DNA from: an uncultured virus (IMG/VR IMGVR_UViG_3300022223_000003)
Lineage: Duplodnaviria; Heunggongvirae; Uroviricota; Caudoviricetes
Virus record (IMG/VR): IMGVR_UViG_3300022223_000003
Length of the DNA stretch: 64,000 nucleotides
Strand: one strand, 5' to 3'
Shown here: positions 48,718-59,098 of the stretch, in pieces
How the letters are laid out: each line of letters starts with the position of its first letter
Numbering within the stretch: the first letter of the stretch is position 1
Notes under the pieces: model-generated
Told to the model about the DNA's origin: nothing
Seen by the model: only the letters and a program-made list of their open reading frames with translations
The model's database searches: none
Made by a program: the position numbers and the translations under genes

Positions 48718-48774
48718 GCCATTCGGGTCCGAAGTGGTAGACTGCCAAGGACACCCTCCTGAAAGGGGCGACCC

Positions 48775-49098
48775 GTGGCCGCATACGAACTCCGAAACCC
48801 TGACGACGTCCGGCGCTTGTTCAGCGCCCTGGGCGACCAAATGGAGCACGAGGCCGGGGCTCTGAGTGTCGCGGAGTTAGACCAGATGGCTCTCCAGGCC
48901 GTCGAAGATGATGGGAGCATGTTCGCCCTCGGGTTGACCCTTCTGGTCGCCGCAGGAGCCGCCTGGTCGGCCGTGCGGGGCTACCAGCGCAACGACGGGT
49001 CGGTGCCGTGGGGAGTCGCCTGGGGGGCGCTGGGATACCTGTTCCCCGTCCCGGCAATCGTCTACTCCGCGGTGGCGCAGCGTCCCCTCGAACTGTAG
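48775..49098 (+). CDS. membrane protein
   Basis: two C-terminal hydrophobic helices. Confidence 0.6.
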   Translation: MAAYELRNPDDVRRLFSALGDQMEHEAGALSVAELDQMALQAVEDDGSMFALGLTLLVAAGAAWSAVRGYQRNDGSVPWGVAWGALGYLFPVPAIVYSAVAQRPLEL

Positions 49099-49927
49099 AG
49101 GGGCTCCCGCATGTTCTGGACGGTTGGGAGATGAGATGGGTTGGAGTAGGTGGAACGCAGTAGAGCGCAGTAAACGCCCATCCGACCTCGGAGTCTGGCG
49201 AGGCCAAGGGCGATGGGGGGTCTCAACCCTCAACCCGACGGCCGTCGGCGACATCTACGTCACGCTCTCCGAGGATCTCGGCAGCGCCATCTCCTACGCG
49301 AAGGAGCGGGCCTACCAAAGCGGTGAGCCCTACGAGCGCGATCCCGAGCGCCGACCGGGAGAACCCCCACACCCGAGCGTTCGTGGTCGCATCTACTACG
49401 TGTTCGAGGCTCCTCGCAGAGAGATGGCCTACGAAGACATCGTGCCGCTGTTTCGGGCGCTGCGCGGGCGCCGCGGCGGGGTTGAGACCCTCATCGTCGA
49501 GAAGAACACGGGGTTGACAGCGCACGACCCGCCGAAGATCCGGTGGAAGAAGGCTCGCGGTCTCGAAGAACGTGTCCCTGACTACGAGGCCGAGATGGAC
49601 ATTCGAGCGGCTCGACGTAAAACCGAGCAGATTGCGCCCGAAGATCGAACCCTACGGAGAAAGAGGTGAGACGGTGACCACTCGAGGTCACATGCTCGTC
49701 GAGAACGAGTCACCGCCCAGCTCCTACGCCATTGCCGATCTGGTAGCGGGTGAGCCCGGCGCGCTCAGTCGGACGTTGAGCCTGACATTGCAACGCGCTT
49801 TCTTCGTTGCACCTGGTCTCTACGTCGCAGGTATTCGAGACCGACAGCTGTTGCTAGGGTCGTTCTACGGGTCGATCGGTATCTCGCTCTGGCTCGTTGG
49901 TCTCTACAGCTTGAAGGCTCGACGGGC

Positions 49928-50299
49928 ATGAGTTTCTGGCAACACGTCTGGAACCGGCTCAAGGCCATCCCAGTGGGAGTGTGGGCAGCCCTGGGTGTGG
50001 GTTTGACGCTGCTCGGGCTCTATCTACGAGGCCGACGTCTGGAAGCGGAAATCGCTCGAACCAAACTCAAAGCAGAGGCTGCCAACGCCAAGGCTCAAGC
50101 AGCTCGATCGGGGGGTCGCGCAGAGGTGCACCTCGATGCCGCAGCGAAACACCGAGAGCGTGCGATCGCTCTGGAACATAGCTCCAAGGTAGTGCGTGCA
50201 GAAGGAGAGAAAGAGCAACGACGTCTCGCGGCACTACCGCCTGACAAGATCACCGAGGAGTATCTGAAACTCGCGATGAAAAAGAGATTGGAGCAATAG
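49928..50299 (+). CDS. membrane-anchored coiled-coil protein (spanin-like architecture)
   Basis: N-terminal TM plus helical Ala/Glu/Lys-rich body. Confidence 0.45.
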   Translation: MSFWQHVWNRLKAIPVGVWAALGVGLTLLGLYLRGRRLEAEIARTKLKAEAANAKAQAARSGGRAEVHLDAAAKHRERAIALEHSSKVVRAEGEKEQRRLAALPPDKITEEYLKLAMKKRLEQ

Positions 50300-50376
50300 A
50301 CCGTGCCCTACGACCTCAACATCGACCTGAGTGGAGGGTTGATGGGACTGCCGAGCTGGAAAGGGAAGAGACGCCA

Positions 50377-50949
50377 ATGAGCAGAGCGGACAAACACTTC
50401 GAGGAGTTCATCGACGCCTACTTCGAGACCGCGTTGTGGTCCAGCAACGACGAGTCAACGCCCGAAGGCGGTGAACCGATGGACAAGAACTACGGTGTCG
50501 AAGATTTCAACCCGACGGTTTACCAAAACCTGCGGAACGATGCTCGACGTTTCTTCGACGCACACTACGACAAGTTCCACGGAGGCCCTACCGGACCCAG
50601 CGGTGCGAGCCCGTATGCGATGGCCGGACACGACTTCTGGTTGAACCGCAACGGGCACGGCGCCGGTTTCTGGGACGGGGACTGGCCCGACCCCGAAGCA
50701 ACCGCACTGGACGCAGCCAGCAGAAGCGCGGGTGAGATCGACCTCTACGTCGGCGACGACAACAAGATCTACGCGGGGGGTTTCGAGACCGCACAGCCCG
50801 CACGCTCGATGCCCGCCACCCGACAACGTCCGCGCACTGAGGGAGAGCGCATGACCGATTTCTTCTTCGGTCGACGCGGTACGCGCAAGCGACGCGGTTT
50901 GAGCGGTGGTTTGCTGGGACTTCCAAGCTGGAAGGGCCGGAGACAGTGA
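50377..50949 (+). CDS. conserved-looking phage hypothetical protein
   Basis: AY...ALWSS and AGHDFWLNRNGHGAGFWD motifs. Confidence 0.7.
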   Translation: MSRADKHFEEFIDAYFETALWSSNDESTPEGGEPMDKNYGVEDFNPTVYQNLRNDARRFFDAHYDKFHGGPTGPSGASPYAMAGHDFWLNRNGHGAGFWDGDWPDPEATALDAASRSAGEIDLYVGDDNKIYAGGFETAQPARSMPATRQRPRTEGERMTDFFFGRRGTRKRRGLSGGLLGLPSWKGRRQ

Positions 50950-51392
50950 TGATCGTGCGGCTCTGGTACGCTAAGCTGTCGGTCCTGCTCGTCCCCGGCC
51001 TGCTGCTGATGCTCCCCCTCTCAGCACAGGCTGACGACAGGACCGACCCCTACGCAACCCCGCACGTGGAGACCGGCGAACCCGGGGTGTGGATTCCGCT
51101 CTGGTTGCAACAGGTGCACCTACAGACCGACGCAAAACTCCAGACCTGTGTCGAGTCCAGCAACAAGGACCGCCAAGCTCTCGCAGAACGCTCCGAAGAG
51201 GCCACGACCGCCTCCCAAGCCGCCGAGGAGCTGCGAGAAGCCAACACGAGCCTCCAGCGATCCCTGGAAGCCTCAGAAGCTGCTCACGCCCAGCAGCAGG
51301 ATGACGCCGAAACAAGGCTCGTATGGGCGTGGACTTCCACCGGGGCCGCGACTGTGGCAATCTCGGTCTTGGTCTTGGTACTGGTGAACTGA
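50946..51392 (+). CDS. protein with signal peptide, coiled coil and C-terminal TM
   Basis: hydrophobic ends, helical middle. Confidence 0.6.
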   Translation: MMIVRLWYAKLSVLLVPGLLLMLPLSAQADDRTDPYATPHVETGEPGVWIPLWLQQVHLQTDAKLQTCVESSNKDRQALAERSEEATTASQAAEELREANTSLQRSLEASEAAHAQQQDDAETRLVWAWTSTGAATVAISVLVLVLVN

Positions 51393-51940
51393 TGCCCAAA
51401 GATCCCGAAACCGTCACCTGGGGGGAGGTCTGCGAAAACGTCCGGTTCGGAGACGGCCTCTACTCGAAGTGCCGTGAGAAAGTTTCCGACTACCCCGCTG
51501 GCGGACGTCGAGGGTTCGCCGGTGGTGCTTTCGACGAGGTCCCCGGTCACGACACGGGACCGAGTTTCGAGCAGCAGCTCCGAAAAACAGCTTTGAAGGT
51601 GCCGGAGCCCCCCAGCGCCGAGGACTTGGCCAAATACCCACCCGGGTACGGCGAAGGTCCCGAAATCTTCGGGATGCCTTTGAACCAGGTGCTGATGTAC
51701 GGCGGGGCTGCTCTCGTCCTGGCATGGCTTTTGATGCGCAACAAGATGCCACAGGCCACCAAAAAAGAAGCTCCAGACTCGGGACGGGTTGGAGGGAGCG
51801 TGACATCACCCAAAGCGGCGTGATAGGCTCCTCGTAAACCCGGCCTCCGTGGTGGAGCCCGGATGTAGCAGAGGAGAGAGCCCTTCCCCCCAGCTGAGCG
51901 CGTAAGAGGTGGAAAGCTCCACGTTCTAGGAGAATGAGAA

Positions 51941-52228
51941 ATGGCATATCGCCGTCGTCGTAGATCCCCGACCAAGGGACGTCGCTGCACCCGCTACAAG
52001 CGCGTGCGTGTTCGAGGAGTGGGCATGGCTCGCCGTTGCGCGAAGTACGGCCCCAAGCGTGCCGCGGCCCCCCGCAAGCGCCGTCGTGCCACGACCCGGC
52101 GCCGCACCTACCGTCGGCGCAAGCCCGCGGGCATGGCCCGTCGCGGCAGCAAGTGCGTGCGCTTCAAGCGTGTGCGCGTGCGCGGTGGCGGCACCCAGCG
52201 CCGCTGCGCGAAGTACCGCGCCCGCTGA
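51941..52228 (+). CDS. Arg-rich Cys-pair repeat protein
   Basis: AGGAG RBS; two C.R[YF]KRVRVRG...RCAKY units. Confidence 0.7.
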   Translation: MAYRRRRRSPTKGRRCTRYKRVRVRGVGMARRCAKYGPKRAAAPRKRRRATTRRRTYRRRKPAGMARRGSKCVRFKRVRVRGGGTQRRCAKYRAR

Positions 52229-52261
52229 TCCACCGACCTCCAGCCGAAAGTTCGAGGTGAT

Positions 52262-52756
52262 GTGATGGCTCAGCGTTGCACGAGGTACAAGCGCGTACGT
52301 TCCAAGTTCGGTGGCACCGTCCGGCGCTGCGCGAGCTACAGCGGGCGATCTGCCAATGGCCGGAGGCGGCGTAGGGGCTACCGCCGACGTCGCGGGGGTC
52401 TCCCTCGCGGAAGCACGTGCGTGCGCTTCAAGCGTGTGCGCGTGCGCGGTGGCGGCATCCAGCGTCGCTGCGCGAAGTACCGCGCCCGTGGCGGTCGCAG
52501 GCCCGCAGCTGCTGCGCGCCGTCGGACGGCCCGAGGTCGCTATCGACGCGGCCGAGTGCCCTACAACAAGGGCAAGAAGTGCTTGATGCGCAAACGCGTC
52601 TACAGCGAGCGCCTGGGTCGTCACGTGACCCGGTGTGCGAGCTACGGCGCCGGTCGCATCACGCGCAGGGAGCGGATGCTCGGTCCCGGACGTCCCGGAA
52701 CCGCCATCGTTCGGCGGAACGGCGACGATCGATTCCCGGGGTTCTTCTCCCGGTAG
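52262..52756 (+). CDS. Arg-rich Cys-pair repeat protein
   Basis: GAGG RBS; three C..KRV...RCA.Y units. Confidence 0.7.
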   Translation: MMAQRCTRYKRVRSKFGGTVRRCASYSGRSANGRRRRRGYRRRRGGLPRGSTCVRFKRVRVRGGGIQRRCAKYRARGGRRPAAAARRRTARGRYRRGRVPYNKGKKCLMRKRVYSERLGRHVTRCASYGAGRITRRERMLGPGRPGTAIVRRNGDDRFPGFFSR

Positions 52757-52767
52757 GGTGATGTCCG

Positions 52768-53226
52768 GTGGCAAGGCGTAGCTCCAGACCAGCAAACTAC
52801 GGACAGCGCTGCAAGAAGTGGCAGCGCATCCGAGGTCAACTACGCTGCAAGGCCTATACGTACCCGCGACGGAGACGCCAGATGGGTTTCCGTCGCGGGC
52901 ACGTTCCGGCCAACCGCGGCTCCCGGTGCGTGCGCCGCAAACGTGTTTTCAGCCCCTGGTACAACAAGACGGTCTGGCGGTGTGCCAAGTACGGGCCTGG
53001 GCGCCCTGGACGTCCCACCAGACGGCGCCGACGTGTTCTCGTCACACCTGCACCGAAAGTGCTCAGACCCGCCAAAGGCACTTTCATTGTGCCTCTGCGG
53101 TTTTTCCTTGGTCCGCCTACAGAAAAAACCCGAGACCGGCGTTTGCGCGAACCCCGCGTCGAGGGCTACGTCCCGATGAGTCTCCCCTCGATGGAGCGGT
53201 TGGTCGCCGGTCGCACACCTGTCTGA
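52768..53226 (+). CDS. Arg-rich Cys-pair repeat protein
   Basis: two related C...RC..Y units. Confidence 0.65.
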   Translation: MARRSSRPANYGQRCKKWQRIRGQLRCKAYTYPRRRRQMGFRRGHVPANRGSRCVRRKRVFSPWYNKTVWRCAKYGPGRPGRPTRRRRRVLVTPAPKVLRPAKGTFIVPLRFFLGPPTEKTRDRRLREPRVEGYVPMSLPSMERLVAGRTPV

Positions 53227-53241
53227 GGTGGCCAAAAACTG

Positions 53242-53754
53242 TCAGTCGAGATAGCGTTCGAGCCCCGCTCGAATCGATCTCCCGGCCCGAAGATTCTCCA
53301 GCGCTCCGTCTCTGACCGTCTTCCACACTTCGCGGCTTCGTTGTGGGCTACGGACTCTGTCCGCGGCCCGATCAGCCAGACGCTCTGCGCGATCGGTGTC
53401 TAAGTCGAGCTTCACGGTCACGATGACCTGGTAGCCTTGTTTCAACTCCTCGATGTCGGCGCGATACTTCTTCTGAGCCTTGTGCTGCTCTCGTACCGCC
53501 CGCGCCATCGGGATTGGCTCTTGACCGGGCTCCAACACCACCTGATGGGCGGTCTTGGTCGTGTTGTGGTCGCTGAGGTCTTGAACCTTCGCGAGCCCCA
53601 GGGCCGTCCACAGAGCCCCCGAAGCGACGAAAAAACCCAGGATGCTCCCGACCACCTTCCACGCCATCGAAACACCAGAGGCGTCCACGATGACAGATCT
53701 GCCAGGCGGGTGGGCTGACGGTCGATCAGGATTATAGACTCGATGTTCGGTCAT
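53242..53754 (-). CDS. membrane-anchored hypothetical protein
   Basis: single TM plus helical domain. Confidence 0.55.
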   Translation of the reverse strand: MTEHRVYNPDRPSAHPPGRSVIVDASGVSMAWKVVGSILGFFVASGALWTALGLAKVQDLSDHNTTKTAHQVVLEPGQEPIPMARAVREQHKAQKKYRADIEELKQGYQVIVTVKLDLDTDRAERLADRAADRVRSPQRSREVWKTVRDGALENLRAGRSIRAGLERYLD

Positions 53755-53850
53755 ACCCTATTGTCCGACACCTCACACTCTAGCACGGTCATTCCAAAAA
53801 ATAGAGTACCGCGGTAGGATTGACTCGCACCCCTGTAGGTGGAGATTACC

Positions 53851-54450
53851 ATGCGCGTGAATCCTTGGCTCTTGGGAGGTGGTGTCGCTGCCGCAGCTCT
53901 TCTTCTCGTCGGCGGCAGGGCCCTCGCCCGGCCCATCTCACGGCCTGGTCGCGTGAGCAGCCGTGATCTCGACGCTTTGGCCAACATGCTCATCACCGAA
54001 ACAGGTTTTCGGAAGAGCAAAAAAGAGATGGCTGCGATCGTGTTCATCGCGGTGAACCGCTCACAGGGGCAGAACAAACCTCTTTGGTATGTTGTTCAAC
54101 CAGGCAATCGACCCAAAGGCAGCTGTCCAGGTCGTCGAGAGGATCGCTGTCTCCAGTGGAACGCGGGGGCAAACTATCGACGTCGATTCGAGAACGCCCG
54201 AAGCAACTCGCGCTGGATCGCTGCTCGCGATTTCGCCGCATCGATCGTCAACGGCACGAGCGGCTTCCGCAACACCGGCGCCACCTCATTCGTCCACCCA
54301 GGCCACCCAAACTTCAACATCCCGTGCAAGGATAACCCACAGGTACGTAAAGGGTGGTGGTCCCCTAGCTACGTGCCTGGTTACGGCACCCGCTGCATCC
54401 CGAAGTGGGCTCAAAAAGGCACCGTCATCGGGACGGGTCTCTTCGCGTAG
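53851..54450 (+). CDS. SleB/Hydrolase_2-like cell-wall hydrolase with N-terminal anchor
   Basis: DLDALANMLITE...AAIVFIAVNR...GATSF pattern. Confidence 0.55.
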   Translation: MRVNPWLLGGGVAAAALLLVGGRALARPISRPGRVSSRDLDALANMLITETGFRKSKKEMAAIVFIAVNRSQGQNKPLWYVVQPGNRPKGSCPGRREDRCLQWNAGANYRRRFENARSNSRWIAARDFAASIVNGTSGFRNTGATSFVHPGHPNFNIPCKDNPQVRKGWWSPSYVPGYGTRCIPKWAQKGTVIGTGLFA

Positions 54451-55329
54451 ATCGAGGCTACCTGTGCGTTTTCCCACAACACTAGACGGCCAATATCTGG
54501 TCTACCACCGTCTCACGGGGTTGCACAACGGATCGATCGCAGATGTTTTTCGTCTGATCGCAAACAACTTCTCGTTGACGCCTTATAACGAGCGCGGAGA
54601 GCCGATGGACGAACTCCCGCCTGAAATGCACGGCATCGATGCGATCGATGTGGCCGCAGGAGACGGGGGGGCTGTTTTCTGCACGCCGTTCAAACCCGTG
54701 ACAACAGGTATGTGGGGCAAACCGGGTTTCAACCGGACACCCGGAATCGCGTTTCGGTTGTCGGACCTATTGGCGTGTTGCCCTGTCTCGGTACGTCCGC
54801 GTGACTACCAGGTGTTCTACAACGACTTCATCGACCGCAGCGCACTCGCTGAGGCTTTCAAGTGCATGACCCGATCCGTCGAAGACGTGGACAACCACCC
54901 CTTCTATTTGGATATGCTTTCAACCTCGTTGGAGCTACTTCGTACAGCCGAGCAGTGGAACGAGGATGTGTTCACCGTATTGGACGCGGCTGAGCGCACT
55001 GGGCGCGCTCTACCCTTCGAGATGCCTCGACTGTATGCCAAAGACGCGGAAAAAGCTGTCGACGGAGCAGTCGAGTTTGTCTCAGAGTTCAGCTACTGCG
55101 ACAACAGCGACCCAGACGAGTTCTACAGCAACGCTGCCTTGGTGGGAGAGGCCACAGAATCCATCGAAGCCGCGTTGATCGAGCAATACGAAAAGGTGTG
55201 GGAGGCGTGGGACGAGATGCGAAGAGATCAGATCGAGGTCTTAGCGTGGGGTTCCCTTCCTCTCTCTAAAGCGTGCATCGTGTTTGACCAACAACAAATC
55301 GTTCGTGGTCCCTGCAAACTGGTGGAACA

Positions 55330-56054
55330 ATGAACAGCCTCGAAGCACCTCCCTGGGTCGAACGCGCCATCCGCGGTACTTGGCAGCAGATTGAAGACAT
55401 CGTCGGGCGCGACATGATGCCGCGAGTCGAAGACGAGTTCGGGTGCGGCCGTTACGGTTGCGTGATGCCTACCCTACAGGCCAGTGACACGGTGGTGAAA
55501 CTCACCTCTGATGTGACCGAGAGTTTCTTCGTCGCGCACTTGCTCGACAAAGACCTCCAACCTGAAAGCGGGTTGGTGCACTACGATCGTATTATCGGGA
55601 TCCCTGGGACCTACTACGGTCGACCGCTATTCCTGATCTGGCGGGATGAAGCATTCGACGTTGGCGCCATCCCCGACATTATTTCTCCCGGATCTGGGCC
55701 TCACGCAGACGTGGAACCGTGGAGACGCCGGGCCTACCAAGAAGGCTACCGCTACATGCAGCACTTCAGGTTCGCAGCTGCCGACGTGCGAGACACTACC
55801 GCGGTTTTGATCGCATCTTGGTTGGCCTCGACATCTGTCAGCAAAGCGCTGATATGCTCGCCAACACCGACCAATGGTATCCGATCGGCAGCGCGCTCAG
55901 CTCTATTCTCGACTCCGGTTTCATACTCGCCGACGTCCACCTCAACAACATTGGTTTCGACGCCGACGGTTATCTGATCATCACCGACCCGGGCCACGCC
56001 CAGCCTTTCAACCCCGCACTCGCTGCGCCCCCGGCCATGGAGATCCTGCGGTAA
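55330..56054 (+). pseudogene. protein-kinase-like gene split by a frameshift near 55790
   Basis: GCGRYGCV and VVKLT..E in frame 55330-55977; DVHLNN and ITDPG in frame 55719-56054. Confidence 0.65.
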
Positions 56055-56382
56055 AACTGCGGTTTCGTCCTAGACCGAGGTTGTGGTATAGTTCGGACAC
56101 CTGCGTCCACGAGGCGCGGAGGCCCCGTCAATCCTGTCGGGGCTGACAGGAGAATGGGTATGCCCAAGAAGAAAGCACCTGCCAAGAAGGGGCCGCACTG
56201 CAAGCGCGTGTCCAACGGCAAGGGCGGTAAGCGGACGATGTGTTTCGACGCGAAAGGGAAGATCACGTCGAAGGCCAAGGTCGACGCCTACAACAAGCGC
56301 AAGCGCACTTCCCGCAAGAAGGCGGCCTAGCGCGCTCTGGTCCTACGGGGCGGCCTCTCGCCGCCCCGTAGCTCCGTCTGGG

Positions 56383-58107
56383 ATGGACTGGAAGACTGTG
56401 ACCCTGGGTATCCACAACGACAGCTACTACGCGCCACAAGGCGCTCTCAGCGCAGTTCTGCCGATTCCACCCCAGTTGCAACAACAAGCTGAGGTCTGGG
56501 TTCGTGCAGAAGCCAAACGTCGTGGCATCCCTGTTACAGAAAAACAGGTTCGAGACTTCGCGCTCGACCTCGCCCGCAAGGAGTTGAGCAAACGAGTTGG
56601 TGTGCCGATTCCGAGCAAGATTCCCACCACCCGAAAAGAGGCCGAGAAGCTCATCAAGAAGGAGGTCAAAAAAGCGGCCAAAAGGGAGGGTAAGAAGCTA
56701 GCCAAGCGAGCGGCCAAAGAGGTGCTCACCTCACAGCAAGCTCAGGCTTTGGTAGGCAACATCGCGAAGAACTACCCGTCGGGGATGCCCCCGGTGGTGT
56801 TGCCCAAGAAACTGACCGTCGGAGCTGTCCACGAAGCCGCCATGGAAGCTGGTGCTCAATGGACAGAGAACTGGATCAAGACGCAGACCGGCATACCGAT
56901 CACAGTGCCTCGAAAACTGTCCGTCAACGCAATCGAAGAGAGCATCACAGGCGTACTCCCGAGCGACGCCGCCGAAGCGATGGAGATGACGTTGACGATT
57001 GGCGCACAGTACGCTGCGAGTGCTCTCGTAGCCGCAGCAACAGGCGCTGCCATCGGTTCCGCAGTCCCGGGTCTCGGGACCGTGGTAGGTATCGGTGTCG
57101 CGTTGGGTATCCAGGCTCTGAAGGAAGAGTACAAAGAGGACCCGGTGCTTCCGCGATGCAAGGTGAAGTACCCGTGTCCGCCACTTCCCAAAGTGAGTCC
57201 TGTTGAGCTGTTGCCGGTGCTCGCTGTCGCTGAGCAAAACGCAAGGAATGTCGTAGCGACACAAGAAAAACATCCGCGTTGTGTGGGCGGGGCGAACTAC
57301 TGCGCTGCTGTTTTTTCCACGATCAGCAGACGTTCTTTCGATGTTGTGAAAAACACGGCTCCAGTTCTCGGCTACTACCAGACGTTGAACCTGATCCCGA
57401 AATATCAGAGGGCCGCTAACCTGCCGCTGACGCGCTCAACACAGAATGTTCGCAGCATCCTGTCGGTACTCACGAGACGTCGAAACAAGTTGTCGGCTCT
57501 TGTCGCCGAAAGCAGCAAAATAGAACAGCTGTCCCCTGCGAAACTCGCGTCACTGCGGTTCAAACTGGTCACCGAGCTACAGAGCGCGGTGCGTCAGTAC
57601 GAGTTCAACCAGAGCAACGACACTCGGCAGTGGCTAGCGACGTTGGGGCGTTTTATGCAGCGTTTGATCGCGGCCGAAAAGAAGACCGCGGCTCGAAGGG
57701 TTCAAGAACGCGCTGAAGGGGAGCGCCGCTTCCGGGAAGCGATGAAAGACCCGGCCAAACAACGGGCGCACGAACTCCAGATTCTGCGCTTCCAGTGCAG
57801 CGAAGGTGATCAAACAGCTTGCGCCAAGGTCCGTGAGCTGCTCAAAACAGCACCTGCACCCCCGAGACCAGCCCCCAGGAAGCCCTCACCGGCACCAGTG
57901 GCCGCCTGCAATGCGCTGGTGGCCCAGTGGCGCGGCAAGCTGCCTCCGGCCGCCAGAGGCTGTCTGGTGCCCAGCGACCTGCGCAGAGTCCACAGCCTGT
58001 GCATGCGAGCCTACGGCCCCCGGAAGACCCTCACCCCTGCTCAAGCGCTCCAGAGCGCCAACCAGGTCGCCCTGCTCGCGTGTCGACGCAAGGGTGTGCG
58101 CATCTAA
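56383..58107 (+). CDS. large hypothetical, probably virion-associated protein with glycine-zipper TM
   Basis: 574 aa; GAAIGSAVPGLGTVVGIG segment. Confidence 0.7.
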   Translation: MDWKTVTLGIHNDSYYAPQGALSAVLPIPPQLQQQAEVWVRAEAKRRGIPVTEKQVRDFALDLARKELSKRVGVPIPSKIPTTRKEAEKLIKKEVKKAAKREGKKLAKRAAKEVLTSQQAQALVGNIAKNYPSGMPPVVLPKKLTVGAVHEAAMEAGAQWTENWIKTQTGIPITVPRKLSVNAIEESITGVLPSDAAEAMEMTLTIGAQYAASALVAAATGAAIGSAVPGLGTVVGIGVALGIQALKEEYKEDPVLPRCKVKYPCPPLPKVSPVELLPVLAVAEQNARNVVATQEKHPRCVGGANYCAAVFSTISRRSFDVVKNTAPVLGYYQTLNLIPKYQRAANLPLTRSTQNVRSILSVLTRRRNKLSALVAESSKIEQLSPAKLASLRFKLVTELQSAVRQYEFNQSNDTRQWLATLGRFMQRLIAAEKKTAARRVQERAEGERRFREAMKDPAKQRAHELQILRFQCSEGDQTACAKVRELLKTAPAPPRPAPRKPSPAPVAACNALVAQWRGKLPPAARGCLVPSDLRRVHSLCMRAYGPRKTLTPAQALQSANQVALLACRRKGVRI

Positions 58108-58113
58108 GCGCGC

Positions 58114-58641
58114 TCAACGCCAGCCGTCTTCGTGTGTTGCCAGAAGTCGCATATCCGCCACACCCCGCGGTGCCCAAACACAACCCGAGGCTACATCCCA
58201 GGAGTGATACCAGGACAGCGTCCTATCGCGCCCTGCGCCGCGTTGGTACGGGCAGATCTCGATCCCCGCGTGTCTTTCTGCCACGGCTCCCCAGTTCACG
58301 TCGAAACCTCGGCTATCCGCCCACTGCTCACTGAAGGCCAACAGCTCTCGGGCGGTCGGCAGCGCGAGAATGTCCACGCCTAGCCGGATCTCGTAGAGAT
58401 AGCGGTAGCGTTTTCGGGCGAGCTGTATGTAGATGTCTTCGTTGCTGGCGAGGAGATCTGCCCAACCCGACCCGCAGGCATACCACAGCCCTGCGGGTTT
58501 CATGCCCCAACACCCTTTGTTTGACTCTACGTGAAACCCTGTAACAGGTCTCGGTGTGAAAAAATACCGAAGATCCTCCTCTTCGAGCCTGTCCCCTAGC
58601 CGCGCTAGCTGCGCCTGCGTAATCGTGATTTGGGTGCCCAC
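58114..58641 (-). CDS. Trp-rich hypothetical protein (KPxGLW / WDVxSG)
   Basis: KPAGLWY, VNW..VA...GIEI and WDVASGCVW motifs. Confidence 0.6.
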   Translation of the reverse strand: MGTQITITQAQLARLGDRLEEEDLRYFFTPRPVTGFHVESNKGCWGMKPAGLWYACGSGWADLLASNEDIYIQLARKRYRYLYEIRLGVDILALPTARELLAFSEQWADSRGFDVNWGAVAERHAGIEICPYQRGAGRDRTLSWYHSWDVASGCVWAPRGVADMRLLATHEDGWR

Positions 58642-58654
58642 AAAACGCGCTTCT

Positions 58655-59098
58655 CTAGTTCGACGGCGTCTTGGGTCGTTTTCGCCGCAGTGGGGTCGTC
58701 TCGTCGAGCGACTGCTCGGGCGGCACGCTCTGTCCTGGCAGCGTCAGCTCGATCCCGCGGTGTTTGGCAAAACCTCGTACGAAAGCCCATAGGAACAGAC
58801 CTACGCCGCCCGCGACTGCGAAGTACATCTGAGACCCGATGAGCGGCCACCCCTGACCTTCTGGGTCCCGCCACATGTTCCCGAGCACGAAACCGGCTAC
58901 GACCGGGTGGAGGATTTGCGACTCGCGCATCCAGTACCAGAAGTGGTGTTGCCACCTCGACGGCCACTTTCGATAGGCGCGCTCGCGTGTGAAGAGGCTT
59001 CTGCTGGTGAACAGGCCGATGAACATGAAAACGAACGCGGCCGACCAGAAGGGCCAGCGTTCGAGGGTGAGCATGCTTCCTAGAAAATCGTCGATCAT
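58655..59098 (-). CDS. multi-pass membrane protein (holin-like architecture)
   Basis: three hydrophobic segments and a charged C-terminus. Confidence 0.5.
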   Translation of the reverse strand: MIDDFLGSMLTLERWPFWSAAFVFMFIGLFTSRSLFTRERAYRKWPSRWQHHFWYWMRESQILHPVVAGFVLGNMWRDPEGQGWPLIGSQMYFAVAGGVGLFLWAFVRGFAKHRGIELTLPGQSVPPEQSLDETTPLRRKRPKTPSN

